Part shown: positions 20,907-32,135 of the stretch, piece by piece
Layout of the letters: each line of letters opens with the position of its first letter
How positions within the stretch are numbered: position 1 is the first letter of the stretch
Sequence record: DRR378314_1023
DNA: 32,508 nt
Strand: one strand, 5' to 3'
Program-made: the position numbers and the translations under genes
The notes under the pieces: model-generated
What the model saw: the letters and a program-made list of their open reading frames with translations, nothing else
Database searches by the model: none
Told to the model about the DNA's origin: nothing

Positions 20907-20938
20907 GCTGCAAACGAAACTAATTAGTGAGTTCTAGT

Positions 20939-21460
20939 ATGCCTAAGCAACGCCCCGAGCCCTTCGATATTGATGAACAAGAAGAGCGCCCCAGTAAATC
21001 TCAGCTCAAGCGGGAAATGCATGCCCTTCAGGCGCTTGGCGAAACGCTTATCGCGATGAAACCTGCCGAGCGCGCAAAATTTCCGCTCTCTGACGACATG
21101 TTACGCGCCATAGAAGAAACCTCGCGCATCCGCTCCCATGAAGGCCGCCGTCGCCATATGCAATATGTGGGCAAGCTTATCCGCAAAGAGGACCTTACTG
21201 CCATACAGGGTGTCTTCGACGCTATCGAGCAGGAAAAAGAGCAGCGCGATCATGCCTTTCACCGGCTAGAAAAATGGCGCGATCGGTTGGTCGAAGAAGG
21301 TGACAGCGCTGTCGATCTATTTATGGCGGAATACCCTAACGCTGATCGCCAGGCAATACGACAACTGGTACGCAATGCGCGAAAAGAGCGTGAGCAAAGT
21401 AAACCGCCGACCAGCTCGCGCAAGCTGTTCAAACACTTACGCGATACGCTGGCACTCTAA
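20939..21460 (+). CDS. darP: Ribosome biogenesis factor YjgA/DarP (DUF615)
   Basis: SKSQLKREMHALQALG, RRRHMQYVGKLIR, LEKWRDRL, DRQAIRQLVRNA; start is ATG 20939 or GTG 20927. Confidence 0.93.
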   Translation: MPKQRPEPFDIDEQEERPSKSQLKREMHALQALGETLIAMKPAERAKFPLSDDMLRAIEETSRIRSHEGRRRHMQYVGKLIRKEDLTAIQGVFDAIEQEKEQRDHAFHRLEKWRDRLVEEGDSAVDLFMAEYPNADRQAIRQLVRNARKEREQSKPPTSSRKLFKHLRDTLAL

Positions 21461-21477
21461 CCCCTGTATGTCTCAAT

Positions 21478-21561
21478 GACTGGTTCATAAGGACTGGGTC
21501 ATTAAGACCAAGTCATACAGACCTAGTGATGGCAATCAAGTCACGAAGACTGGGTACCGCC
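21478..21561. repeat. Degenerate 14-bp tandem repeat (about 6 units) with a GAC-N3-GTC core
   Basis: Units at 21478 GACTGGTTCATAAG, 21492 GACTGGGTCATTAA, 21506 GACCAAGTCATACA, 21520 GACCTAGTGATGGC, 21534 AATCAAGTCACGAA, 21548 GACTGGGTACCGCC. Confidence 0.7.
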
Positions 21562-22995
21562 GACCGTCAGCTCATCCAGCTTAAGGGTGGGCTGACCGAC
21601 ACCTACCGGCACTCCCTGCCCCTCTTTGCCGCAGACACCTATGCCTGTATCCATTTCCATATCATGGCCAATCATTGAAACACGCCCCATTGCCTCAGGA
21701 CCGTTGCCAATCAAGGTTGCCCCTTTAACAGGCGCAGTAATTTTGCCATCTTCAATGAGGTAGGCTTCGCTAGCGGAAAATACGAACTTGCCCGATGTAA
21801 TATCGACCTGACCGCCACCAAAACTGACCGCATAGATACCGCGCTTAACACTTTTGATAATGTCGGCGGGTTCATCCTGGCCTGCCAGCATGACAGTATT
21901 GGTCATACGCGGCATCGGCAAATGGGCAAAAGATTCACGCCGCGCATTACCCGTTGGCGCCATATTCATTAACCGTGCATTAAGCTTGTCTTGCATATAG
22001 CCAGTTAAAATACCGTCTTCAATCAGCGGCGTGTATTGCCCTGGCGTGCCTTCATCGTCCACGCTTAACGAACCACGGCAGTCAGCAACGGTAGCATCGT
22101 CGACAACCGTCACACCTTTCGCCGCAACACGTTTCCCCATCTGCCCTGCAAACGCTGAACTGCCCTTACGATTAAAATCGCCTTCAAGCCCATGGCCCAC
22201 CGCTTCATGAAGCAAAATACCTGGCCAGCCAGCACCGAGAACAACCGGCATTTGACCAGCAGGTGCATCGACTGCCTCTAGATTAACCAAGGCTTGGCGA
22301 ACAGCCTCTTTTGCATAGCGCTCCGCTACGTTTTCATCTCGCAGCCGGGACATGGAGTAACGACCACCACCCCCAGCACCGCCTCGCTCTCGCCGACCGT
22401 TTTTAGCCGCGATAACACTCACATTAAAACGGACTAATGGGCGGATATCTGCCGCCAAGGTGCCATCACTGGCACGCACTAATACCACTTCATAAGTGCC
22501 TGACAATGAGGCGCTCACTTGGCTAATACAGGGGTCAGCCGCGCGCGCAATGCGGTCGGCTTCTTTCAACATCGCCACTTTTTCGTCAGCGGTAAGCCCC
22601 GCCAGCGGGTCAAGCCCTGCATAACGACCGGCAGCACTGACAGCCACTACCGGCTGCCCAGGTAGCTGCTTACCACTTCGTACAATGCCCGCTGCTGTAC
22701 GGCCAGTATCCATTAGCGCATCTGCGGTAATTTGATTGGAGTAGGCAAAGCCTGTCTTTTCACCTGCTAAGGAGCGCACACCAACGCCGCCATCAATGTT
22801 ATAGCTGGCTTCTTTTACTTCACCATCTTCCAGCACCCACCCCTCTTGCCAAGTACGCTGGAAGTAGAGGTCGGCATAATCAATACCCGCTCCCATGGCA
22901 TAAGACAGCCCTGTATCTAAGGCATCCAAATCCAGGCCACTCGGTGTCAACAAAATGGAAACAGCGGTATTTACATCGCTCTTATGTGCGGTCAT
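21541..22995 (-). CDS. tldD: Metalloprotease TldD
   Basis: [11 protein letters not shown] zinc motif, [24 protein letters not shown]; start moved to ATG 22995, which overlaps the yhdP stop. Confidence 0.97.
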   Translation of the reverse strand: MTAHKSDVNTAVSILLTPSGLDLDALDTGLSYAMGAGIDYADLYFQRTWQEGWVLEDGEVKEASYNIDGGVGVRSLAGEKTGFAYSNQITADALMDTGRTAAGIVRSGKQLPGQPVVAVSAAGRYAGLDPLAGLTADEKVAMLKEADRIARAADPCISQVSASLSGTYEVVLVRASDGTLAADIRPLVRFNVSVIAAKNGRRERGGAGGGGRYSMSRLRDENVAERYAKEAVRQALVNLEAVDAPAGQMPVVLGAGWPGILLHEAVGHGLEGDFNRKGSSAFAGQMGKRVAAKGVTVVDDATVADCRGSLSVDDEGTPGQYTPLIEDGILTGYMQDKLNARLMNMAPTGNARRESFAHLPMPRMTNTVMLAGQDEPADIIKSVKRGIYAVSFGGGQVDITSGKFVFSASEAYLIEDGKITAPVKGATLIGNGPEAMGRVSMIGHDMEMDTGIGVCGKEGQGVPVGVGQPTLKLDELTVGGTQSS

Positions 22996-25900
22996 TAAGG
23001 GCCTTCTAGAGTGATCTGCGGCGACGTCCACGGACCTCGCACGCGATAGTGGATAGTGGTTGCTTGATCTAACGCGCTACCAAACAGCTGGTCCGCTACA
23101 AAAAGAGCGCCACCTACAATCGGAGCACCTACGGCTATGGCTGCGATAGGCAAGCTCTGGCTAATAGGTAGTGTGACGCCTAGTCGCTGATCAAGTTCAC
23201 GTTGTATAAGATTGACGCTTCCCGTCAGGGTTAGCGTGGTAGATGGCGCTTCAATGGAAAGCGGACCGCGCAGCAGTAATTGACCCGCGGCGACATCTGC
23301 CGTGCCATGCACCCGATCAAACGCAGTTCCTTGTCCCGTCACGTCCGAAAAATCGAAACGCAAGCGGCGCAGTATATTGTCAAAATTAAGCAGACCAACC
23401 AAGCGAGCCGGTGTTGATTCCAGCGTCACAAAGCGCCCATCACGTACATCGGTTCGAATATCGCCTTCCGCCCGACTTAATTCAAATTGCCAGGGAGCGC
23501 CTGGCCACGTCAGCGCTGCGCTGACATCCGTGGAGCGGCTACGCATGGCGACTGGTTGGCCTAGACGCTCTAACGCAGTGCCTACATCACCACCCTGTAT
23601 CGAAACATCAGCGCGGGTATGGCTACTGTTAGCGTCGCCTTCCCATACCAGTTCTCCGCGGGCAGAGAGCTGCCCTAATGTCAGGCCGACCGGGGAAAGA
23701 GTAAAACGTTGCCCCTGGCTTTGCCAATAAGCGGTTAACGGTCCGAAACGCCCTTCCCCAACGCCAATATCGGCTAGTCTGAGCCTGCCATCCGGCAGCT
23801 GGTTAAGCCATTCTGGCATGGCAATTGGTGTGGTGTGCTGCGTTTCAACAGCATCCATCCAAGAGCCAGGGGTCGGCGCACTGCTGTCATGCGCTGCAGC
23901 AGGCATATCAAATAGTCGATCTACTTCCAGCGACGAGATAGCGATATCAAGCGGCAGCTCGCTACCGGGCTGATAAGTCACTCGACCTGACACAAGGTCA
24001 CCGCTTAACTGCATAGCCAAGCGGTCTCCTTTAATATTGCCTGTCGCCTCTAAGCGGCCAAAACACGCATCACGGAAATGCACGCAAGGCGTACTAAGCA
24101 TTACTGATATTGACGCATCCTCACTATCGCCATTCGACGAAGATGACGCCTGCATCAACGGTGACAACGCCTCCTGCCAGTCATCGAGAGGCAACTCTTC
24201 AACCTGGGCGACAACGCTCCAACCTGGCTGTGTTGGCCAGCCACTCGGTGCGGCAGCACTGCCCAAAGCAATTACCCCTGCCAGCTCATCATGATCAAGC
24301 TGTACGCGAGCATTAACGATATCGGCTAACTGTGTTGTTAAGCGGCCACTGTCGAAGTCCGCGCTTAGCCGCCATGGCCATGGCTGTTCAGCGGACTTAC
24401 TAAATGGCACTGGCAACCTGCTTGTAATACCAAGCAAGCGGCTTTCAAGAACCACCGATGGTGATGGCTGTAGGTTGACCTGCCCACGCCACTGAGCACG
24501 CCCCTCAAACAGCTGGCGAGCTTGTTCAGCGGGAATATTGGCCAGTTGAAATAAGGTGGCGACATCAATGTTACCGCTCAAGGCAATACCATCGTCCGGA
24601 ACATTGATATCCGCTTCGATGGAATTTCCTGACCACAGACCCGATACATGCCCGAGCAAAGCGCTTTTTTCACCGTGCTGCTGCCACGTCACCTCCCCCT
24701 GAAGATCTTCTAGCGGAATGTCGACAGGCTGAAAAGCAAGCGTTGTGACATTTGGTCGAGCATTAATCTCCAGCGCCAATGAGTCCGGCGCGCTCAGTGG
24801 TAACGATAAAGCGATGTCACCCTCGATCCGGCCCTCTGCACGAACATCGTTAAGCAGAGGCATATCCATCTCAGGCATCGCCTGTAGAAACGCCAGCAGT
24901 GAATCACTATCACTGCTGACACTTCCCGACAAATTAAGCGTCTCATCAGCCATCTTTAGCACCCCATCAGAGACGTTAATGCCCTGACTTTCAGCATGCT
25001 GAATAGCCGCCTCCAACACCTGATCCTTCCAAACCAATCTGCCCGCGACCTCCTCAAGCATGGGCCACTCAGGCGCGATAGGTAATCGCCCCTGGGTGAC
25101 AGAGAGGGCCAACGTGGAGGAAATTTGATCTGCAAACTGACCTTCTGAATCAGCCTCTTCCCCTGTAAATGGAAAGCTAAGCTTGAGCGAGCCATGGGGA
25201 ACAACACCGCCTATATCGGTTAATAGCCACTCACGAAGTTCAGGCTCAAGAGCTTTGACGGGCAGCCACTGAGAGAGCGGGTAATTAAGCGCATCAACAT
25301 TGGCAAACGCAATATCAAGCCCAAACTGGCCGCCTTGTTCACTCGCAATCAGACCAAAACCGCCACTCACTGCGGCACCATCCCAATCTAGGCGTAGATC
25401 CCTACCACTGATCATGGTGCTCGGGCCGTCATACACCCACTCCACCACACCCTCGGCATGGCTCAACAGCATGGGTGATTCAAACAATTCAGGAAAATTA
25501 AGCGAGCTGCTTCCAGCACTGTTAAACGTTACTCTGCCGCGAAAGTCTCTTGCCTGTACCCAAGCATCTAACGGGCCGCCTCCTGGTGCTTGCTCCCAAG
25601 GCAGCACCGCCACATTGGTTAACGCCGCATCAACCCCCCAATGGCCTTCATGCTGACCTAAACGCAAACCTTGGACCTGGCCACGGGGTGATAGTGTTTG
25701 TAACACTCGAGTAAGCGATTCAGGCAACAAAATATAGTCGCGCCAAGCCGCCAAAGAAGCCAGTTCAAATGCGCTGGTGCGCACCTCCCATTGATCAGGC
25801 TGGTGGGATAAGTACCAATGCCGCGGTAGGGCTGGGCCACCACTTCCACCTTCTGGACGCGCCCACTCGACGTTTTCAGCATCTCCACTAAGCCAGGCTT

Positions 25901-26906
25901 CGCCGCCCTCACCGTCTCGCCGCCAAAGGCCATTGGCCTGAATGTTTTGCAGTACGGCGTATTGAATCTTGTGGCGCAGGGTCAACTGTGGAACATCGAC
26001 AGCCAAGCGAACCTCATCTAAGCGCCCGGCATGCCAGCGCCCCCACAACGTAACCTCGCCTCCCATTTGCTCTAGGGAAGGCATACGGTCGGGACGTAAA
26101 ACAGCGGCTAGTGCCACTAGATGATCCAGTTGCATGTCCAGTTGCAGGGCCGCTGAAAAATCACGGAAACCCTGCTCTCCAGGCTGCATCTCCACGTTCA
26201 TCGCAATGGCCGGCAGCGTTTCTTGTGCCTGTGCTTCTTGGGCCTCAACTTCTTGAGACCCTGCACCTTGCGAAATCACACCTTGAGATTCTAAGATCGT
26301 GACGGCACCTTCCAAGCGCGTTCGCCGCTCATCGCCATTGAGCAGTAAGGTAGGCGCGTGCAAGGTGACGGCCTGCTGGCTTCCATGCAGCACCAGACGA
26401 GTATTATCTACCCACAATCGCTGGCGAAGAATAAGCCCTGCCCAGGCGTCCAGCGCCGCTAAATCAACCGTTGGCTCCTGAGACATAGCAATCGGCAGCT
26501 CTGCTGGTGCCGGCCAACCCCAAGCAGCATCTCTCTGCTGATATAGATGAAATTCAAGGCCTGTGATGCGCGCATCATTAAACACGGGTGCAATGCTTCT
26601 CAATGTCGCCCAACCATCAAGCCGCAAATGTGCACTTTCAAGGGATACTAATTGCTGCCCGTCAGGCGTCGCTGAATGCACGCCCTCTAATTGCAAAACA
26701 AGATCGTTACGCGCCAACGACAGCGATAGGTGCTCGATAGTAACGGGCACCCCCACACGGGCCTCTAATAACGCTTCTATTTTCGGTGTTAGCAGACTGG
26801 ATTGGCTAATTAATAAGCGCGCCAACAATAGAAAGACAGCAAGGCCGCCTAGTAGCGAGGCGATCGCTACTAGGCACCATCGAGAGAATGAACGTAACGC
26901 TATCAT
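22995..26906 (-). CDS. yhdP: AsmA-like phospholipid bridge protein YhdP
   Basis: 1303 aa, N-terminal TM, C-terminal [21 protein letters not shown]...[10 protein letters not shown]; between rng and tldD. Confidence 0.9.
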   Translation of the reverse strand: MIALRSFSRWCLVAIASLLGGLAVFLLLARLLISQSSLLTPKIEALLEARVGVPVTIEHLSLSLARNDLVLQLEGVHSATPDGQQLVSLESAHLRLDGWATLRSIAPVFNDARITGLEFHLYQQRDAAWGWPAPAELPIAMSQEPTVDLAALDAWAGLILRQRLWVDNTRLVLHGSQQAVTLHAPTLLLNGDERRTRLEGAVTILESQGVISQGAGSQEVEAQEAQAQETLPAIAMNVEMQPGEQGFRDFSAALQLDMQLDHLVALAAVLRPDRMPSLEQMGGEVTLWGRWHAGRLDEVRLAVDVPQLTLRHKIQYAVLQNIQANGLWRRDGEGGEAWLSGDAENVEWARPEGGSGGPALPRHWYLSHQPDQWEVRTSAFELASLAAWRDYILLPESLTRVLQTLSPRGQVQGLRLGQHEGHWGVDAALTNVAVLPWEQAPGGGPLDAWVQARDFRGRVTFNSAGSSSLNFPELFESPMLLSHAEGVVEWVYDGPSTMISGRDLRLDWDGAAVSGGFGLIASEQGGQFGLDIAFANVDALNYPLSQWLPVKALEPELREWLLTDIGGVVPHGSLKLSFPFTGEEADSEGQFADQISSTLALSVTQGRLPIAPEWPMLEEVAGRLVWKDQVLEAAIQHAESQGINVSDGVLKMADETLNLSGSVSSDSDSLLAFLQAMPEMDMPLLNDVRAEGRIEGDIALSLPLSAPDSLALEINARPNVTTLAFQPVDIPLEDLQGEVTWQQHGEKSALLGHVSGLWSGNSIEADINVPDDGIALSGNIDVATLFQLANIPAEQARQLFEGRAQWRGQVNLQPSPSVVLESRLLGITSRLPVPFSKSAEQPWPWRLSADFDSGRLTTQLADIVNARVQLDHDELAGVIALGSAAAPSGWPTQPGWSVVAQVEELPLDDWQEALSPLMQASSSSNGDSEDASISVMLSTPCVHFRDACFGRLEATGNIKGDRLAMQLSGDLVSGRVTYQPGSELPLDIAISSLEVDRLFDMPAAAHDSSAPTPGSWMDAVETQHTTPIAMPEWLNQLPDGRLRLADIGVGEGRFGPLTAYWQSQGQRFTLSPVGLTLGQLSARGELVWEGDANSSHTRADVSIQGGDVGTALERLGQPVAMRSRSTDVSAALTWPGAPWQFELSRAEGDIRTDVRDGRFVTLESTPARLVGLLNFDNILRRLRFDFSDVTGQGTAFDRVHGTADVAAGQLLLRGPLSIEAPSTTLTLTGSVNLIQRELDQRLGVTLPISQSLPIAAIAVGAPIVGGALFVADQLFGSALDQATTIHYRVRGPWTSPQITLEGP
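26221..26295 (-). repeat. In-frame 5x15-bp tandem repeat within yhdP
   Basis: Plus-strand units tcttgtgcctgtgct/tcttgggcctcaact/tcttgagaccctgca/ccttgcgaaatcaca/ccttgagattctaag, encoding [25 protein letters not shown]. Confidence 0.7.
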
Positions 26907-28369
26907 TACATTAGTACGATGTCGTACTGTTCTTGGGAGTAGTGTTGCTCTACCTGAAAACGAATGGTTTTATTAATAAACGTTTCCAAGTCGGCAACCG
27001 CCGCAGACTCTTCGTCCAATAGTCTGTCAACCACCGGTTGAGAGGCAAGCACCATATACGTTTCGGCACTGTAGGCACGCTCTTCGCGCAATATCTCGCG
27101 AAAAATCTCGTAACAAACAGTTTCAGGCGTTTTCAACGTCCCACGCCCACTGCATGTTGGGCAAGCTTCGCACAAGGTTTGCTCCAGGCTTTCCCGCGTG
27201 CGTTTACGGGTCAACTGCACTAAGCCCAGCTCAGTCACCCCGGTGCACTTCGTCTTCGCATGATCACGCTCAAGCGCTTTCTCAAGCACGCGTAACACTT
27301 GGCGCTGATGCTCTACATCCACCATGTCGATAAAGTCGATAATGATGATGCCGCCAAGGTTGCGTAGCCTTAGCTGACGGGCAATCGCAGTCGCCGCTTC
27401 CAGGTTGGTTTTAAAAATCGTCTCTTCAAGATTACGATGACCGACATAACCACCGGTATTAACATCAATCGTGGTCATCGCTTCTGTCGGGTCGATAACC
27501 AGATAGCCACCGGACTTCAACTGAACCTTGCGACCCAGTGCTTTTTGAATTTCATCTTCAACGCTATATAAATCAAAGATGGGTCGCTCGCCTGGATAAT
27601 ACTCGATACGATCTACCGCATCTGGCATAAATTCTTCAGCGAACTCGACCAGTTTGACAAAGTTCTCGCGGGAATCGATGCGCACTTTTTCAATATCATC
27701 GCGCATGACATCCCGTAATGTACGCATAAACAACGGCAGGTCATCGTAGATCACACTAGGCGACGCCGCCGTTATTCTACGCTCACTGACTTTGCGCCAA
27801 ATACGCAGCAGGAAGTACATGTCACCCGCCAGCTCTTCATCACCAACCCCTTCTGCCGCAGTGCGCACGATGAAGCCACCGGTTACCTCGATGGTCTGCT
27901 CGTCAATTCCCTTATCTAGCAGCGCTTTCAAACGCTCCCGCTCACGCTCATCTTCAATGCGCTGAGACACGCCATGGTGAGGAGAGTCAGGCATATAGAC
28001 AAGATAACGTGACGGAATCGAGAGATGGGTAGTGAGCCTGGCACCCTTGGTGCCAATGGGATCTTTGGTAACCTGAACGACAAGCGCCTGACCTTCATGT
28101 AGCAACTGACCAATAGTCTGCTGCTCATCATTAGGCGTCCCTGATGGCATTACCTCGTGGGCATGAATAAACGCCGCGCGCTCAAGGCCAATATCAACAA
28201 AAGCAGCCTGCATACCAGGCAGTACACGCACTACTTTGCCTTTGTAGATATTACCTACAATGCCGCGCCTACGTGAGCGTTCAATGAGCGCCTCTTGTAA
28301 GACACCATTTTCCACCAGCGCAACGCGAGTCTCCATTGGCGTTAAATTGATGAGGACTTCACCGCTCAT
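26906..28369 (-). CDS. rng: Ribonuclease G
   Basis: GNIYKGKV..VLPGMQAAFVDIG S1 domain, TEAMTTIDVNTG, GGIIIIDFIDM, CPTCSGRG; 487 aa. Confidence 0.97.
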   Translation of the reverse strand: MSGEVLINLTPMETRVALVENGVLQEALIERSRRRGIVGNIYKGKVVRVLPGMQAAFVDIGLERAAFIHAHEVMPSGTPNDEQQTIGQLLHEGQALVVQVTKDPIGTKGARLTTHLSIPSRYLVYMPDSPHHGVSQRIEDERERERLKALLDKGIDEQTIEVTGGFIVRTAAEGVGDEELAGDMYFLLRIWRKVSERRITAASPSVIYDDLPLFMRTLRDVMRDDIEKVRIDSRENFVKLVEFAEEFMPDAVDRIEYYPGERPIFDLYSVEDEIQKALGRKVQLKSGGYLVIDPTEAMTTIDVNTGGYVGHRNLEETIFKTNLEAATAIARQLRLRNLGGIIIIDFIDMVDVEHQRQVLRVLEKALERDHAKTKCTGVTELGLVQLTRKRTRESLEQTLCEACPTCSGRGTLKTPETVCYEIFREILREERAYSAETYMVLASQPVVDRLLDEESAAVADLETFINKTIRFQVEQHYSQEQYDIVLM

Positions 28370-28428
28370 GCAAAATTCCTTATTGAGTCACAGTATCCTT
28401 GCCAACACAGCAGGCGGCGAAATGGCGG

Positions 28429-29040
28429 TTAGCTCTGCTGATAGCAGCCCGACCAGATTGGCACCCCTTGCTGGCACAACAAGCGTGTTGTTTCATAGAG
28501 TGGCAGCCCCACGACGGCTGAATGACTGCCCTTAATTTCTTCAACAAACACAGCGGCTAAACCTTGGATGGCATATCCTCCGGCTTTATCTACTGGCTCA
28601 CCGGTTTGCCAATAGTCAGCTATTTCCTGCTGACTGATTACGCGCATCTTGACGAGCGTAGTTACACAACAAGAGAGTACACCCTTGGGGCCAGCCACAG
28701 CGACCGCTGTTAATACCTTATGACAACGCCCCGACAGCTTCTTAAGCATAACGGCTGCATCATGCTCATCAATTGGCTTGCCCAATATCTGATCATCAAT
28801 TACCACGGCCGTATCTGAACCGAGTACAGGAAGGGCTGTTCTTGAAACAGCCGCTTGCGCTTTCGCACTCGCCAAGCGCTCCACATAAGCTTGCGCAGAT
28901 TCACCCTTGAGCGGCGTTTCATCTACGTCACTTGGCATGACCTCGACCGCCACACCTATCGATGCTAACAACGCCTTACGTCTGGGCGATGCCGAGGCAA
29001 GGCATAACACAGGCGACGATGCAGAACGTGAACTATCCAT
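28429..29040 (-). CDS. maf: Maf family nucleotide pyrophosphatase (YhdE type)
   Basis: LASASPRR, GSDT, LGKP, DKAGGYAIQG, VVGLP. Confidence 0.94.
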   Translation of the reverse strand: MDSSRSASSPVLCLASASPRRKALLASIGVAVEVMPSDVDETPLKGESAQAYVERLASAKAQAAVSRTALPVLGSDTAVVIDDQILGKPIDEHDAAVMLKKLSGRCHKVLTAVAVAGPKGVLSCCVTTLVKMRVISQQEIADYWQTGEPVDKAGGYAIQGLAAVFVEEIKGSHSAVVGLPLYETTRLLCQQGVPIWSGCYQQS

Positions 29041-29061
29041 TACAGCAACTCCAGCAGCTTA

Positions 29062-29550
29062 TCAAACGCTAGCTAAACGCTGTTCGAGCGCTTTAAGCAT
29101 GGTAGACCACCAGGGCCACAGAACAGCACTGATCAGTGATGGAATCAAAAAAGACAAATGGATTGAAAAATCCCCCGTCAGCGTGCGTAACCACTGCTCA
29201 ATCAACTGCACCAAGCCTAATAAGACCAGTACGAGAACAGACTGCTGTACTAAAGAGTAAGCGCGAAAGCGGGGGTAAACCAGGGCGCATAAGAAGGCCA
29301 ACAGCGACAAGATCAGAGCATGCTGACCTAACGCGGTACCTTCGATCAAATCCATCAGAATGCCGATAACAAAGCCATGAAAAACACCCACTCTATCCGG
29401 CGTTCGCATGCACCAGTAAATCAGCATTAGCCCTATCCATTCAGGACGGTAGACTTGCCACCCTTCTGCTAAAGGCATCACTTGCAAGCACAATGCAAGG
29501 ACAAGCGTAAACCAGACAAAGATAAGCGATACGACCGGCGTCTTAGCCAT
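29062..29550 (-). CDS. mreD: Rod shape-determining protein MreD
   Basis: Polytopic membrane protein, RPEW..LIYW, G..MDLIEG..LGQHAL; ATG 29550 overlaps the mreC stop. Confidence 0.93.
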   Translation of the reverse strand: MAKTPVVSLIFVWFTLVLALCLQVMPLAEGWQVYRPEWIGLMLIYWCMRTPDRVGVFHGFVIGILMDLIEGTALGQHALILSLLAFLCALVYPRFRAYSLVQQSVLVLVLLGLVQLIEQWLRTLTGDFSIHLSFLIPSLISAVLWPWWSTMLKALEQRLASV

Positions 29551-30482
29551 TACTGCACCTCTCGTGCAGCATCCTGCTGCAAACCAATACGCTGGGCAGC
29601 GTGCAGTGCAGCGGCTGAAATATCCATACCCTCTCCCCAAATAGTATCCTCTATCTCTTCACGGGGCGGCGGGAACAACAATAGGAAGTGACGTGAACGC
29701 TGCAACTGAGCAGAGGGCTCTGCGGTCACTTGAGCGAAAGGCTGACCTGGGTCGTGGTAAACGTCGGTGACCCTAGCAACGGGATGGCCTGGCGGGAAGC
29801 GTCCGGCCAACCCTGACGTGGTGAGCAGATCACCTTCGCGAATGTCGGCGGTATCAGGCACATGCAAAACTTTCACGCTGCCGTAACGACCAGCTCCCTG
29901 CACAATGAATCGCAAGCCATTGCGATTCACCTGAACGGGCAATGCATGGCTCGCATCAGCCAGCAACAGAACGCGACTTGAGTACGCCGACACAGCGGTC
30001 ACTTGCCCCACTAAGCCAAAAGCATCAATCACCGGCTGACCAACATAGGCACCATTTCGATGCCCTCGGTCAACCACCATCTGATGACTAAAAGGATCAT
30101 TATCTAGCGACAGCAGCTCAGCGGTTATGTAAGGAATATCTCTACGCTGAGCTGCCTTCAGAAGATCACGTAATTCGGCATTCTCCGCGGTCAGATTCGC
30201 CAACCGCTGACCACGATGTGAAAGCGTCAAAATTTGCTCACGCAGGCGACGATTCTCATCGACGAGCGCTTGCTGGTCAGAAAGCGCAAGTGCCCCCCAG
30301 TTAAGCAGATCGCTAGGCACGCTAACGACCCACTGAATGGGGGCAACAATCATCGTCATTTGGGCGCGCACATCTTCCATGCGGGTAAATCGCTGATCGG
30401 CAAACATTAAAATGCTTGCCAATAGCACACAGAAGAATAGCCGATACCCTGGCAATGACGCGTGCGAAAATAGCGGTTTAAT
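29550..30482 (-). CDS. mreC: Rod shape-determining protein MreC (probable ATT start at 30482; alternative TTG at 30488)
   Basis: TM then coiled coil (ENRRLR, ENAELRDLL), GLVGQV, GDLLTTSGLAGRFP; N-terminus (I/M)KPLFS resembles the gammaproteobacterial MKP(I/L)F. Confidence 0.93.
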   Translation of the reverse strand: MKPLFSHASLPGYRLFFCVLLASILMFADQRFTRMEDVRAQMTMIVAPIQWVVSVPSDLLNWGALALSDQQALVDENRRLREQILTLSHRGQRLANLTAENAELRDLLKAAQRRDIPYITAELLSLDNDPFSHQMVVDRGHRNGAYVGQPVIDAFGLVGQVTAVSAYSSRVLLLADASHALPVQVNRNGLRFIVQGAGRYGSVKVLHVPDTADIREGDLLTTSGLAGRFPPGHPVARVTDVYHDPGQPFAQVTAEPSAQLQRSRHFLLLFPPPREEIEDTIWGEGMDISAAALHAAQRIGLQQDAAREVQ

Positions 30483-30511
30483 AGGCAATCCCCCGCGATA
30501 AACCGCTACGA

Positions 30512-31561
<1,050 letters not shown>

Positions 31562-31778
31562 CTAGTGCAGACCGGGAACCCTGTGCGGATGCAAACGGTA
31601 TCACCGCTACCCCTTGGCAGCAAGCACGAGTCGTGCCTAATACTGCCCGTTAGGGCCAATATGTGGTACCTTTTGCGGCTATTTTCTACGTCTGCTACAC
31701 AAGACGAATTTAAGATGACCGTATGTATACCGCTGAACGCGGAATATGTTCCATCACGTTTGCGAGGAAAATTCGATC

Positions 31779-32066
31779 ATGGCGCTTGAAGAATCTCATG
31801 TGCGCCGGGCCGCACACTTGGCCCGACTCGCCGTTAGCGATGACCAAGCCAGTGGTTTTGTCGACGATCTAAGCCGCATCCTGGACATGGTCGACCAGCT
31901 ACAAAGCCTGGACACCGATGGCGTTGCGCCGCTTGCGCACCCGCTGGATGCCACACAGCGGCTGCGAGCCGACGAAGTCACGGAAACTAACCAGCGCGAC
32001 GCTTTCCAGCGCTGTGCTCCGGCAGTAGAAAATGGCCTGTATCTCGTACCCCGCGTGGTGGAGTAG
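31779..32066 (+). CDS. gatC: Asp/Glu-tRNA amidotransferase subunit C
   Basis: AHLARL, LRADEV, LYLVPRVVE; start moved to ATG 31779 with GAGG RBS. Confidence 0.95.
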   Translation: MALEESHVRRAAHLARLAVSDDQASGFVDDLSRILDMVDQLQSLDTDGVAPLAHPLDATQRLRADEVTETNQRDAFQRCAPAVENGLYLVPRVVE

Positions 32067-32135
32067 CCAGATTACCACGCACAGGCCGCTATTTTCTGCT
32101 CTTTCTATTCGCCCCCCGAACGGAGCTTCCGGGTC

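Noticed and set aside
21478..21561. Possible mini-CRISPR array
   Set aside because: Units are 14 bp, contiguous and degenerate, with no spacers and no cas genes nearby
19502..22995. TldD/PmbA as part of a RiPP (microcin-type) biosynthetic cluster
   Set aside because: No precursor peptide, YcaO or exporter nearby; this is the standard housekeeping tldD-yjgA-pmbA arrangement
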